A DNA stretch of 63,737 bases, filler included, from Chrysochromulina tobinii (GCA_001275005.1; 6 parts of 6 records of this genome joined end to end with filler, not necessarily neighbours in it), one strand, 5' to 3'; counted from the first letter of the whole stretch, positions 20,780 through 31,614 are shown. Numbers and translations: made by a program. Notes: generated by a model not told the origin, from the sequence alone.

Positions 20780-23773
20780 ATGGAAGTGCTTCCCGAGGCG
20801 CATGGGGACCGCTTCGTCGTGCCGCGCGCGATCACAATCGAGCAGCTGGAGGGATGCAAGCGCCGAGCGCGCGTGCTGCTCCCCAAAGGCGTCCGGTACA
20901 AAGATTTCTACCCCTCCATTGTTCTGTCGTACGCATCGGGTCGCCGTACCAAACGCAAAGACGCTGCAGACGACTGCGAAGGCTCCGGGCCCGGCGTGAT
21001 GTACGCCATGGGGCTGATGGAGTTCCTCCACGAGCGCGGCCTGCAGTGCTTCTCCGGGCTGCAAGTGCCCCCCGGCGTAGACTGGCAGACCTTTATGCTG
21101 CGCCTGACTGGCGAGAATGGGAAGCGTGAGAAGCCGAAGGTGCTCATCATCATCCTCACCGCGGGACTGTATCAGTCCAAGCCGTGCTTGAAAGAGATCA
21201 GCACTGCCATCGAGAACAAGATCGCTCTCCTACCGGTGCGCTTTGAGGACAATTTGCCTGCCAAAGAGGAGCAGTGGACGAACCTCGACGACCCGGATTG
21301 GGAGATGATGAAATTTCACGTACAAGCCAAACTTAACAAGCTCAATAACATCCCCAACCCCGGCACGGTGCTCACGAGAGCCTCTGCTCTGGATGACGTC
21401 ATGGCGGAGATCGAAAAATATCTGCCGACGTCAGATGCGCCGGTCGAGGCGCCGATCGAGGCGCGCCCTGCCTCGGCGGCCGCCGCTGCCGCCGAGGTGG
21501 ATGCAGTGGTCGGGTGGTCCACTCCACAGCTAAAGGAGTTCCTCGTGCAGCACGGCGTGGTCATGGGCGGATTCGTAGAGAAGAGAGAGCTCATCGACGA
21601 GGTGCAACGACTGAAGCGGGAAGCGATCGAGGCGCGCCCTGCTAAGCACACGGCGCAGCCGCCGACCCCCATACCCTTGGGCGGCGCCACACCGTCGACG
21701 CGCTTCCCCGTCGGCTACAAGATTCACGTTGAAGACGTTGAACACGTGAGTCAGCTCCGTCAGCTGCCCCCCGGCCAGATCGGCAAGCTGCCCAAAAATC
21801 TATCGCTGCATGACAAGCTCATTCTCGAAGTGCCCTCCCATGTGGTGCGCGTCGACGGTGTGGCGCCGGCAGCCATCGCCGCGATGAGCTGCGACGAGGC
21901 TGCCACTTGGACAGGCCTGCAGATTCTGCATATGACGAGAGAACAGCTCATGGCCATCACGGAGCAGCAGGTAGACAGCCTACCTCGGAGCACGTTGACT
22001 TACGTCAAGAACAACTTCAAGTACACGGAAGGCAAGATACTCGGGAGCCAAATCGCAAAATCGAAAAGATTCGAAAAACAGGCAATACCTTATTTTTCTT
22101 CCCCTTGCAGGGGAGAAGACAAAGTCAAAGACTTCCTACCTACAATTGGCGAGTCGCCGGATGAATTCGTTGCACGTGCTGAAGTTGCTCTCAGGGTACC
22201 CCAGCAAGATTATATGACGCCAAAGTTTCACGATCAATTCACCTTCGAATACGGCGAGCTTGTGCTCGTGCGGCGCAGCAGCGGCGCGCTGAACTATGCC
22301 CAGGTAGTGAGCAACGCGAGCGGGCTGCACGTCCTCGAGTGGTCAGTGGAAGAAGTTGCCGATTGGGCAGCATCGTGCTCTGTCAAGGCCGCAGTCAAGG
22401 AGATCGGTGATGGCCACACGCTGATGCATGTCACTCAGAGGTGGCTCCGTGAAGGCGAGACCCACGTCATCAAGGACCTGCAGGAGCTCGGCGTCCCAGC
22501 TATTCACGGGAAGAATCTGTTGATAAAGGCTATGGCGCTGCGGTTGCCCACATGCCTGTTCAACCGTAGGCCATCGACCCAAGCTGTCATCTGCTCAAAG
22601 CGTAAGCAACCCATGGACATCGAGCGTGTGACCATTGAGCAGATGAAAGCCGCCGGCTTCAGTCCGTCATCGTGCAAGTGGGCGGGCTTCACGCTTGCGG
22701 ATTTGGTGAGCGCACAGCATCTATCACCCGATGTATGTTCGGCGCGGGAGGCGAGGGATGCGGGTGCGACACCTGAGCAGATGAAGGCCTACGGATTCAG
22801 TCCGTGCGCGTGCAAAAAGGCGGGCTTCACGCTTGCAGAATTGGTGAGCGCACAGCATCTATCACCCGATGTATGTTCGGCACAGGAGGCGAGGGATGCG
22901 GGTGCGACAAAGGAGCAGATGAAGGCCGCCGGTCTCTTGCAGAAGGCGACGCGCGAGTTGTTCGAGGCTGCAAAGGCTGGTAAGAACGACGAGCTCAAGA
23001 CGCTCATCGACGTGGGTGGCGACGTCTGTTGGAAGAATCCTTCCGAGGACGGGATGACTGCGCTGCACTGTGCCGCTTTAGAAGGGCATTTGGCCTGTGT
23101 CAAGACGCTGCTCCACGCCAAGGTGCGTCTAGTGGACATCTTGACCTCCACCAAAGGGGCGACGGCACTCCATTCCGCCGCAGCCGGAGGGCATGTGAAC
23201 TGCATCGAGGCGCTGCTTCGCGCCAAGGTGCGATTGGACGCCACGACGTCCGACGGGGACACGGCGCTCCACATAGCCGCCCGCCTCAGCAAGTTGGACG
23301 CCGTGAAGCGGCTGCTCGCCGCTGGCGCCAGAACGGCGATTCGAAACAAGGCTGGCCAGGCAGCGCTCGACATCGCACGGTGGAGGGCCAAGATGGCGGA
23401 GAAGGCGGAGACTGCGGAGAAGGCGGAGGGCCACATCTTGGGCATCGCGCTGCACCTTGAGGCAGCGGAGAAGGCGGAGGACGTTTTGGGCGGCGGCAGT
23501 GCTGCCGCCAGCGGCAGCGCCGGCGGCTCGGCGACTGTGAATCCGAGATGCGCGCCCTGCTGCTGCTGCTGCTTGGAACGCGCGCTCGTAGGAACTGCCG
23601 CCAGGCTCGGCTGGGCCCTCGCTGGCCGGCCGAGCCACGACCCACGAGCGACCGCCGACGGCGCCCGCGGCCGGCGAGAGCTCCCGGTGGCGGTCGGCCG
23701 GAGAGCTCCCGGCGACTCAGGGCAAAAGAGATACCGCGAGTATAAAGGGTATCTCTTCGTGCCTTGCCTTTAA
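20780..23773 (+). CDS. TIR (TIR_2-like) + SAM + AGF-type short repeats + ankyrin-repeat protein
   Basis: TIR: IVLSYASG..LHERGLQCF..VLIIILTAGLYQSKPCLKEISTAIENKIALLPVRFE. SAM: WSVEEVADWA..GDGHTLMHVT..DLQELGV. Ankyrin: GMTALHCAA, GATALHSAA, GDTALHIAA, GQAALDIA. First ATG at 20780; the ORF is open from 20702. Confidence 0.82.
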   Translation: MEVLPEAHGDRFVVPRAITIEQLEGCKRRARVLLPKGVRYKDFYPSIVLSYASGRRTKRKDAADDCEGSGPGVMYAMGLMEFLHERGLQCFSGLQVPPGVDWQTFMLRLTGENGKREKPKVLIIILTAGLYQSKPCLKEISTAIENKIALLPVRFEDNLPAKEEQWTNLDDPDWEMMKFHVQAKLNKLNNIPNPGTVLTRASALDDVMAEIEKYLPTSDAPVEAPIEARPASAAAAAAEVDAVVGWSTPQLKEFLVQHGVVMGGFVEKRELIDEVQRLKREAIEARPAKHTAQPPTPIPLGGATPSTRFPVGYKIHVEDVEHVSQLRQLPPGQIGKLPKNLSLHDKLILEVPSHVVRVDGVAPAAIAAMSCDEAATWTGLQILHMTREQLMAITEQQVDSLPRSTLTYVKNNFKYTEGKILGSQIAKSKRFEKQAIPYFSSPCRGEDKVKDFLPTIGESPDEFVARAEVALRVPQQDYMTPKFHDQFTFEYGELVLVRRSSGALNYAQVVSNASGLHVLEWSVEEVADWAASCSVKAAVKEIGDGHTLMHVTQRWLREGETHVIKDLQELGVPAIHGKNLLIKAMALRLPTCLFNRRPSTQAVICSKRKQPMDIERVTIEQMKAAGFSPSSCKWAGFTLADLVSAQHLSPDVCSAREARDAGATPEQMKAYGFSPCACKKAGFTLAELVSAQHLSPDVCSAQEARDAGATKEQMKAAGLLQKATRELFEAAKAGKNDELKTLIDVGGDVCWKNPSEDGMTALHCAALEGHLACVKTLLHAKVRLVDILTSTKGATALHSAAAGGHVNCIEALLRAKVRLDATTSDGDTALHIAARLSKLDAVKRLLAAGARTAIRNKAGQAALDIARWRAKMAEKAETAEKAEGHILGIALHLEAAEKAEDVLGGGSAAASGSAGGSATVNPRCAPCCCCCLERALVGTAARLGWALAGRPSHDPRATADGARGRRELPVAVGRRAPGDSGQKRYREYKGYLFVPCL

Positions 23774-24328
23774 AAGCAGCTAAAAAACAGCGGGCAGTAT
23801 TGAGTATATGCGCAACGTCGCGACTTAAAGATCGCACAACGGCGCCGCAAGACGGACGAGAACCGTACGCGGGACGGTCGGTGCTCGGTCGCGGGCTCCG
23901 CTTTCAAAGGACAAATAGCGGCTCGTAAGGGGCGGCGTAAGGCGGGGTTCGACCCGACCTTTCCTCGTCGGTCGGTACGGAGTCACGTCGGTTCATGAGT
24001 CGAGAGTCCGCGACCGCGTACCGTACCGGTCTGACCCGAATTATGTCCCTCTCCCTGTGCTGAGCTTGCCGCACATTTCACATACGTTTGATTATTCGAC
24101 TCAAATATAGAATTAACAATGGGCGCATTTCATTGGACATGAGCGTCAGCCGTCACCGGAGACGCAGGGCGAGCGACGCAGGGCGGGCGGCCAGAGCCAA
24201 CCAGGCCGCCACCCTCGTCGAAACGCTCACGAGCCCCGGTGCCGGCCTCGTCTGGACGCGCCACGGTGCGAGCCGCATCCGTCATCGCTCCGAGGCAGCT
24301 CCGTGGTGTGAATAGCTCCGTGCTGGCA

Positions 24329-24791
24329 TTATGCGGACCTGGGTGAGGGTGGGTTCGATTCGGCGCGGGAGAGACGAGAGAGGAAGTCTAAGTTGCCGCC
24401 CAGACCAGGCACCACCTGGCTGGCCGCAGGGCGCGCAATCGGCGCTGGTCGCCCATGGCTGCCGCTCGCAAGCTTCTCGAAGAGCTGACGCGACTTCTCG
24501 TTCACGGCCGCCTCGACAGCAGCGCTCACCTCCGCCTGGGAGCTCGTGAGCTTGTCCGGCTTACCGGCCGCACCAGCCGCCAGCGGGGCGGCTGTGGGTG
24601 GGCGGCCGAGCGGCGGCCGGGCAGCTGACCATTTCTCCTTGTGCGGAGGTGAGGCACCAGTCGGCTCCGAAAAGGAGGCATCGGAAGCGGTGGAGCGAGC
24701 GGAGTCGTTTGACGAGACCCCGAGGGAGGAGGGGGGCGAGATGAGTGGCGCAGAGGAGGCCTCGCTCTCCTCCTCCTCCTCCTCCTCCTCC

Positions 24792-24822
<31 letters not shown>

Positions 24823-26185
24823 TGTCCTCGTCCTCGTCCTCGTCCTCGCCCTCGTCCTCGTCCTCGCCCTCGCCCTCGATCCCGCCCCCGTTGTCCTCGC
24901 CCCCGCCGGCCGCCAGATTCCGCAACGCGCCGGCGGCCTTCGCCTTGCCTTCAGCGTCGCCGTCGCGCACGAGCGCCGCGAGCGGCTCGATCGCACCCGC
25001 CGCTACGATGGCCGCCTTGATGGCAGCGTCGCCGGACGCCAGATTCGCCAACGCGCCCACGGCGTTCACCTTGCCTTGAGCGTCGCCGTCGCGCACGAGC
25101 ACCGCGAGAGGCACGAGCGCGCCCGCCGCTTCGACGGCCTCCTTGATGTCAGCGTCGCCGGTCGCCAGATTCCGCAACGCGGCGGCGGCGTTCTCCTTGC
25201 CTTGAGCGTCGCCGTCGCGCACGAGCGCCGCGAGCGGCGCGATGGCGCCCCCCGCGGTGATGGCCGCCGTATTGGCAGCGTCGCCGAACGCCAGATTCGC
25301 CAAGGCGCAGGCTGCGTCCGCCTTGCCGTGAGCGTTGCCGTCGCGCACGAGCGCCACGAGCGGAACGATGGCGCCCGCCGCTACGATTGCCGCCATATTG
25401 GCAGCGTCGCCGTACGACAGATTCGCCAAGACGCAGGCTGCATCCGCCTTGCCTTGAGCGTCGCCGTCGCGCACGAGCGCCGCGAGCGGCTCGATGGCAC
25501 CCGCCGCTGCGATTTCCCCCCCGATGTCTTCTTCGCCGGCCGACAGATTCGCCAAGGCGGTGGCTGCGTCCGCCTTGCCTCGAGCGTCGCCGTCGCGCAC
25601 GAGCGCCGCGAGCGGCCCGATGGCGCCCGCCACTGCGATTGTCGCCTTGATGGCATCGTCGCCATTTGCCAGCTTCGCCAAGGCGAAGGCTGCGTTCGCC
25701 TTGCCTTGAGCGTCGCCATCGCGCACGAGCGCCGTGAGCGGCTCTATGGCGCCCGCTGCTGCGATGGCCGTCGTATTGGCAGTGTTGCCGACCGCCAGCT
25801 TCGCCAAGGCTCCGGCTGCGCACGCCTTGCCGTGAGCGTCGCCGTCGCGCACGAGTGCCGCGAGCGGCCCGATGGCGCCCGCCGCTGCGATTGTCGCCTT
25901 GATGGCATCGTCGCCGAACGCCAGATTCGCCAAGGCTCCGGCTGCGCAAGCCTTGCCTTGAGCGTCGCCGTCGCGCACGAGCGCCGCGAGCGGCCCGATG
26001 GCGCCCGCCGCTGCGATTGCCGCCGTATTGGCAGCGTTGCCATACGACAGGTTCGCCAAGGCGCCGGCTGCATAGGCTTTGACTCGAGCGTCGCCGTCGC
26101 GCACGAGCACCGCAAGCTGCTCGATGGCGCGCGCGTCCGCCGCGGCGATGTCCGTCGTATTCGCATCGTCGCCATGTTCCGCCAT
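24329..26185 (-). CDS. Armadillo-repeat protein (about ten near-identical 41-aa repeats) with acidic and Ser/Pro-rich tail
   Basis: Repeating AAGAI.PLAALVRDGDAQGKA.AA.AL.NL unit (123 bp), poly-Glu after the repeats. Confidence 0.9.
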
Positions 26186-26335
26186 GTTTCGCAATTGAAG
26201 TGTCGTTGATGTTCCTCTGACTGCGGGGCGAATTTCGCATGAAACGCGTCACGCCGCGCTCCGCGCGCCGTACCAGGCGTTCACACAACACACACTCGGG
26301 TAGCTCACTGAGCTCTTCCTCACTACGAGGGGATG

Positions 26336-26435
26336 NNNNNNNNNNNNNNNNNNNNNNNNNNNNNNNNNNNNNNNNNNNNTTAATTAATTAANNNNNNNNN
26401 NNNNNNNNNNNNNNNNNNNNNNNNNNNNNNNNNNN
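26336..26435. other. Artificial contig-joining spacer
   Basis: N44-TTAATTAATTAA-N44. Confidence 0.98.
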
Positions 26436-26595
26436 AGGCGGTGCCGTCCGCCGCCACCACCTCCACGTCGGTGAGGCGACCATCGCGGAACTTGGCGATG
26501 GCGCTCGGCTTCTCGGCGAGGCCACCCACGAGCTCGATCGATGCGGCGGAGGGCGCGTCGGCGGAAGCGCGGGCGCGCTTCGGAGGGGACAGCAT
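26436..26595 (-). CDS. 5' fragment of a probable BTB/POZ-domain protein, cut by contig end
   Basis: MLSPPKRAR...KFRDGRLTDVEVVAADGTA resembles the start of a BTB domain (..DV.L.V.G..F.AH). Confidence 0.45.
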
Positions 26596-26746
26596 TCGCG
26601 CAAGAATCGACAAGTGTGAAGTGGCTCAGCCTCACAGTTCGTTGGGCTCGGTTGGGATGTATAGTGTTAACGAACACGACGTCCCCCCAATGCCTCAGAA
26701 ACCCCATTGTAGTCAGCTTCCGCGCCACCGTGCGCGGCCATAGGTC

Positions 26747-27031
26747 ATGGAAGCGAGTCCTCTCAAGTGCGGTGAGCGGACGAGCGCGAGGGCATCGAAG
26801 ATGGGCATATGGGAGCGGCCATTCACCGTGGAGCAGGTGCGAGGGACCGTCAAGTACCTGATGCTGAGTCTGGGGCTCGACCCGCGCAAGTTCGGGGCGC
26901 ACTCGCTGCGGATCGGCGGCGCGACGGCAGCCCTGTCGGCCGGCCTGAGCCCGGCGGCGATCCGCGCGGCGGGGCGATGGGCAAGCGACGTGTACATCCT
27001 CTCAGCGGCTCTGCCGCGCTCGCCTAGATAG
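26747..27031 (+). pseudogene. Tyrosine recombinase C-terminal fragment (DIRS/Ngaro/Crypton-type relic)
   Basis: FGAHSLRIGGATAAL..G..AIRAAGRWASDVY carries the H-x-x-R and W catalytic motifs. There is no N-terminal part and the sequence diverges immediately after DVYIL. Confidence 0.8.
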
Positions 27032-27469
27032 CAGCGACGGCGGCAACGGTGATGGCAGCTGCGGTAACGGCGACATCAACAACGGCAGTATCGACGGCGG
27101 TGGCGATGGCGACCGTGGCAATGGCAGCGGCTACGGCGATAGCGTCGGCGACGACAGCATCGGCAATATCGGCGACGCGGCGCAGCCAAAGAGTTCGAAG
27201 GGATTCCCGGGAAGCCATATCGCGTGGACACGGGGCCCAACGCGGCGAAAGAAAGAGTAAGAGAGAACATGGCTCCACTCAACCACGAAACACAAACACC
27301 TACGTCCCCACAGGGAATTCCCCACAGACTAAGTACTCCTAGGGTCGATAGCTATAACATGTACAATTGTAATATGCCCCGTGACACTCTCGACGCCGCC
27401 GCCGTCGCGCGACGGCGGCATCGAGTGACTTCTTTTGCGTTCCCTTCGGGGGGCGCGCCAGCGGGCGCG

Positions 27470-27655
27470 TCCCTACACCTCCGACTCCCTCTGCGACGAC
27501 GGCGGCCCGGCGCCGAGTACGCAGACTGCATCTACGGCACCGACTGCGCCGACTGCGGCCTGCGCTTCCCGCGTCCACCGCCCATCTGCGCCGAGACGTG
27601 CAACTGGGCTTCCGACGCCGATTGCAACGACTGCAGCCCCGGCTCGGAGTTCCGC
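27470..27655 (+). pseudogene. Frameshifted fragment of a Cys-rich CDDGG-type extracellular repeat
   Basis: SDSLCDDGGP, then a frameshift, then GAEYADCIYGTDCADCGLR..CAETCNWASDADCNDCSPGSEF. Confidence 0.55.
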
Positions 27656-27819
27656 CCGGCCCCGGGCCGAGCACGGCAGGTGGACCGGACCATCGTCACA
27701 TCACTGGTATAGTAAGGAGACAGTGTATGTACATGTACTATTGTACATGTCCTGTACACGACTGAGACTAGACAACTAAAGTGACTAAAGTAAGAGAACC
27801 TCACCACCGAAACGACAAA

Positions 27820-27863
27820 CGACAAACGGGGGTGGGGAAGCCGGCGGTAGCACTCTAAACATT
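27820..27863. repeat. Dispersed ~45-bp repeat, copy 2
   Basis: aaacgggggtggggaagccggcggtagcactctaaacatt matches 14718-14762. Confidence 0.75.
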
Positions 27864-27991
27864 CATGATGAATTGAGGTCGCGGCGTCGCTGTAGGGTGA
27901 ACTGCTTGGTCTGCTTGGAGCCTTGGACTGCCAGCCAGCCACACAGCAAGACACACTAGGCACTCCCAGCCCCTTGCCAGCCAAGGTGACA

Positions 27992-30478
27992 ATGCCAGTC
28001 CTCTCGGTCACGCCCGAAAGGGTGGCGGCAGTCGAGGAGAGCGTGCGCGAAATCCTACGAGAGGTGCAGGTACTGCGTCTGCAGGCAGGTTCGCCAGCGA
28101 GCAAAACTGCGGTGGTCCGTTCGGCAATCGATGTGTACGACCCTGCTGTGCTGCTCGGCAACGAGCCCGACCCGACAGCGATGGCAGAGGACAACGAGAA
28201 GCTTGACCTCCTTGCCGCGCAGGAGGAGACGGCGCAGCGGCGCATCGAGTTCGGGACGTTCAAGAACACCACGCTGCGGCGCGAATCTAAGCTCGCCGCG
28301 TTGGAGGCGGAGTATCAGCTGTTGCTGAAGGCCGCACGCGACACGGCGCAGGAGAAGCGGCAGGCGGCCGAGCGCGTGGCGCGGCACGCCGACACGCTTG
28401 CGCGCGTGGCGCAGATGGAGCAGCTCGCCGACGAGCAGGTCGAGTACGGCCTTACGCTCGAAATGATGACCCAGCGGTACAAGGAAGCCAAGGCCGGCTG
28501 CGAGGATGCAAAGGAGGAGTTGCTCAAGCAAGCCAAGGAGGTGGAGATGCGCAGGAAGAAGCAGGAGGTGAACAACGGGCCGATCCTGCACATGGCGTGG
28601 AACGCACAGCACACGATCACCACGCAAGTGCGCGTGGCCGAGCACCAATCCAAAGTTCGTCAGATGCTCGAGAGCAAGCGGCATCAGGTGGCGGCGCGCA
28701 TCAAACAGGCGAGCAAGCGCGAGGGTGGGGCGATCGAAGAGACGCTCGCGGAGCGGCGGCGCGAAGAGGCACGCGCAAAGGCGGAGGAGACTGTCAAAGA
28801 CAACATGCAGCTGCTCCAGAGTCAGCAGGTGAGTCGCCAGCTGCAGCGGCTGGAGGCACAGTTCGAGCGGGTGCAGCAACTGATGGGCTTCGAAGAGGTC
28901 GATGCGCTCGTACAGAGGATCGTGATGCAGCAGCAGGCGGGCACGCGGATGGAGCAGGCCAAGATCGACGTGATCGCGCGCCACGAGGCGCTCATCGACC
29001 TGCGTGCCAGCATCAGCACTCGGTACGAGGAAGGGAGAGGAGGCGTGGACACAGAACTCTCGAAGCGGCGGCACGAGTACAATCACATCATGGAGAAGGA
29101 CGACGCGCTGCAGGCTGTGGTCGCCAAGCGGCAGGTGCGTGTGGACGCGGTGTGCGCGCTCCTGATGCGCGCGCGCGTCGGCGTCTTGCAGATCGGGAAC
29201 CGTCTCGCAGCGCTCCCCCCGAACGCGACGGGCGCTGTGTCGGGCGCGTCCGGCGCCGCGCCGCAGGAGGAGCCCCGAGGTGCGATCTCCCGAGCCAGCT
29301 TAACCGAGCGACGGACGGGCGCTGTGACGGGCGCTGTGACGGGCGCTGCGACGGGCGCTGTGACGGGCGCTGGGACGGGCGCTGGGACGGGCGCTGGGAC
29401 GGGCGCTGGGACGGGCGCTGGGACGGGCGCTGGGATGGGCACGGCGGGGCCAGCGGCGGGGCCAGCGGCGGGGCCAGCGGCGGGGCCAGTGGCGGGGCCA
29501 GCGATGGACGGCGCCGCCACAGAGGCGGATGCATTCGCGCACACGCCCGTGCTGCAGGAGGCGGTGGCCGCAGTCCAATTGCTCTCGCAATGCGAAGGGA
29601 CGCTCGTCGCTGTCATAGAGCAGTTAGAGGCAGCCACCCAGCAGCCGCTGCCGTTGATGGGCACGGCGGCCGCCACTGTGCCGGAGCTCTCCGCGGCGGA
29701 CGAAGAGGCGATCGAGCTCGCGATGGAGATGGACGTGCATCGACGGGCCGAGGAGGCGACCGAGGCCTTGGTGGCGGAGAGACCGATGAGACCGCTGACA
29801 GCCTATTCCGGTGGCGGCAGCCCTGGACGAAGCCCGACGAGGGACGCCCTCCTGACGGCGGGTGAGCCCCCCCCTAGGTGGCTGCAAGCGCCCCACAACG
29901 TGCGCGTACGGTCCGACTCGTCGCCGCGCGAGGTGCTCGCCGCGATGCTGAGCTCGTTTGACGAGACCGTCGACCTCACGTTCGCCGAGATCAACCGGTG
30001 GCGCGAGGAGCGCGCGGGGCTACGCGCGACGGCTCTCGGGCTGCCGTCGGGATCCGTCGCGGCGGGGACACCAGCCCTCACTGCCCGGACAGGCAGGCTA
30101 GGGTCGTCTGCACTCCGAGGCGCCGAGTTTGGCCTCGCTCGTGAGCGTGAGCGAGAGGCAACGGCGGCGGCGGCGGCGGCGGCTACGCGCGAGGGCGGCG
30201 GCGGCGGCGGCGGTGGCAGCGGCGGCGACTTAATCCGCAGGAGTGTCGGCCAGCCGGGTGGCAGTGCGTCCGCTCGGGCGGCGGCGCCTACGCTGCGGCA
30301 GGAGTCGTCGTCCTCCGTATCCGTCGAGCGCCCATCCACCGCCACCGCCCGGAGCGGCATCCCACGACCGCCGACGACCGCCCGACCGAGCACCAGCACG
30401 CCGCGCTCCTCGAATGGTGGGCCGAAGGGGATCAAAGCTCAAAGGGTACGACGCGAGGACGTAGTCGGACAGCATTAA
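27992..30478 (+). CDS. Long coiled-coil protein, possibly outer dynein arm docking complex-like (CCDC63/114/151 family)
   Basis: About 400 aa of heptad-rich helix including LEAQFERVQQLMGFEEVDALVQRIV, which resembles the ODA-DC signature, then a low-complexity tail. Family call is tentative. Confidence 0.55.
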   Translation: MPVLSVTPERVAAVEESVREILREVQVLRLQAGSPASKTAVVRSAIDVYDPAVLLGNEPDPTAMAEDNEKLDLLAAQEETAQRRIEFGTFKNTTLRRESKLAALEAEYQLLLKAARDTAQEKRQAAERVARHADTLARVAQMEQLADEQVEYGLTLEMMTQRYKEAKAGCEDAKEELLKQAKEVEMRRKKQEVNNGPILHMAWNAQHTITTQVRVAEHQSKVRQMLESKRHQVAARIKQASKREGGAIEETLAERRREEARAKAEETVKDNMQLLQSQQVSRQLQRLEAQFERVQQLMGFEEVDALVQRIVMQQQAGTRMEQAKIDVIARHEALIDLRASISTRYEEGRGGVDTELSKRRHEYNHIMEKDDALQAVVAKRQVRVDAVCALLMRARVGVLQIGNRLAALPPNATGAVSGASGAAPQEEPRGAISRASLTERRTGAVTGAVTGAATGAVTGAGTGAGTGAGTGAGTGAGTGAGMGTAGPAAGPAAGPAAGPVAGPAMDGAATEADAFAHTPVLQEAVAAVQLLSQCEGTLVAVIEQLEAATQQPLPLMGTAAATVPELSAADEEAIELAMEMDVHRRAEEATEALVAERPMRPLTAYSGGGSPGRSPTRDALLTAGEPPPRWLQAPHNVRVRSDSSPREVLAAMLSSFDETVDLTFAEINRWREERAGLRATALGLPSGSVAAGTPALTARTGRLGSSALRGAEFGLAREREREATAAAAAAATREGGGGGGGGSGGDLIRRSVGQPGGSASARAAAPTLRQESSSSVSVERPSTATARSGIPRPPTTARPSTSTPRSSNGGPKGIKAQRVRREDVVGQH
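29315..29502 (+). repeat. 12-bp coding minisatellites (TGAV/TGAG x about 10, then GPAA x4)
   Basis: acgggcgctg(t/c/g)g and gggccagcggcg units are directly visible. Confidence 0.93.
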
Positions 30479-30858
30479 CCTGTGTTCTTCAATTCATAAG
30501 TGATAAGACCATGGGCAAGACCTGGAAATCGTCCTGAAAAAAGTCGGCGAAGATGGTCTGGTATTCCCGACATCACAACGCGACCCTCCCTTGAATGCCT
30601 TCTCGCGCGCTTGCGTTTTTCGTGGTACATGTAAGTCAATTTCTTCCGCGCTCTCCCCCGCTTGACTTGACTCCCACAAAACATCGTGCGGATGTCTCAG
30701 TCACACTTGCACTCCGAACTGACGAGACTAGATACTAGTACTCGACTGGATAGCGCACATGTAACATCAGATTATCATCGAGTCTGTGACGAATCTCGAA
30801 ACGACTGTTTTTCTCGTTCGCGGTAGAAAAGGTGGTGAAGGCCAACTCGAAGGCCACC

Positions 30859-31614
30859 ATGACCGTCAAGCCCGGCGGGGTCAAAGAGATGCTTATGGAG
30901 CAGGCGCGGCTCGCACGTGAAAAGCGCTTGGCACAGGTCGAGGCGGATCGCAAGGCGCGAGAGGCTCGGGCGGCCGCCGAAATGGCGCGAGAGCAGAAGG
31001 CACAGCAACAGCTCCAGGAGCTCAAGAAGCGCTGGGAGGAGGCGGACAAGGTGGTCGAGATCAAGCGGCAGGAGGCTTTCAAGAAGGCGAACGAGGTCGT
31101 GAACGTGTGGAAGGTTGAGCGAGAGAAGTGCATCAAGAACTGCGATGCGGCAGCGGCGGCTCACGAGAAGAAGATGGCCGAGGCGTGGCACGTCAAGGAG
31201 GTGCGCATGGAGCAGCACAAGCAGGAGTGTGAGGCAGAGGTCGCGCGGCGTGCGCTCGCGCTGCAGGCGCGCCAAGGCTCCGCGGGCTCGAAATTCCAGG
31301 AGGCGCTCCAGGCACGCAACGACCGGCTCGAGGACGCGCAGCGCAAGGCAGAGGAGCGCCGACTGGCCAAGGCGGAGGAGAAGCGGGTGCAGCTCGAGCG
31401 TATGCGCGTTGAGGCGGAACGACGGCTCGAGGACAGCTGGAAAGCGCGCGTGCGGGTCAGGGAAGAGCGAGAGAAGTACGCGCGCGAGGTCGAGCTCGAC
31501 TGCGAGCGTAAGGCGAAGCAAGCTGAGGCGTGCATAAAAGCGCGCAAGGAGCAGATCGCGGCCAAGGAGGATGCGTGGCGCACGGCGATGCAGTCGGCGG
31601 CCAATGCGACCTGA
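30859..31614 (+). CDS. Charged alpha-helical/coiled-coil protein of unknown function
   Basis: 252-codon E/K/R/A-rich ORF with strong GC3 bias; ATG in gccaccATG context. Confidence 0.7.
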   Translation: MTVKPGGVKEMLMEQARLAREKRLAQVEADRKAREARAAAEMAREQKAQQQLQELKKRWEEADKVVEIKRQEAFKKANEVVNVWKVEREKCIKNCDAAAAAHEKKMAEAWHVKEVRMEQHKQECEAEVARRALALQARQGSAGSKFQEALQARNDRLEDAQRKAEERRLAKAEEKRVQLERMRVEAERRLEDSWKARVRVREEREKYAREVELDCERKAKQAEACIKARKEQIAAKEDAWRTAMQSAANAT

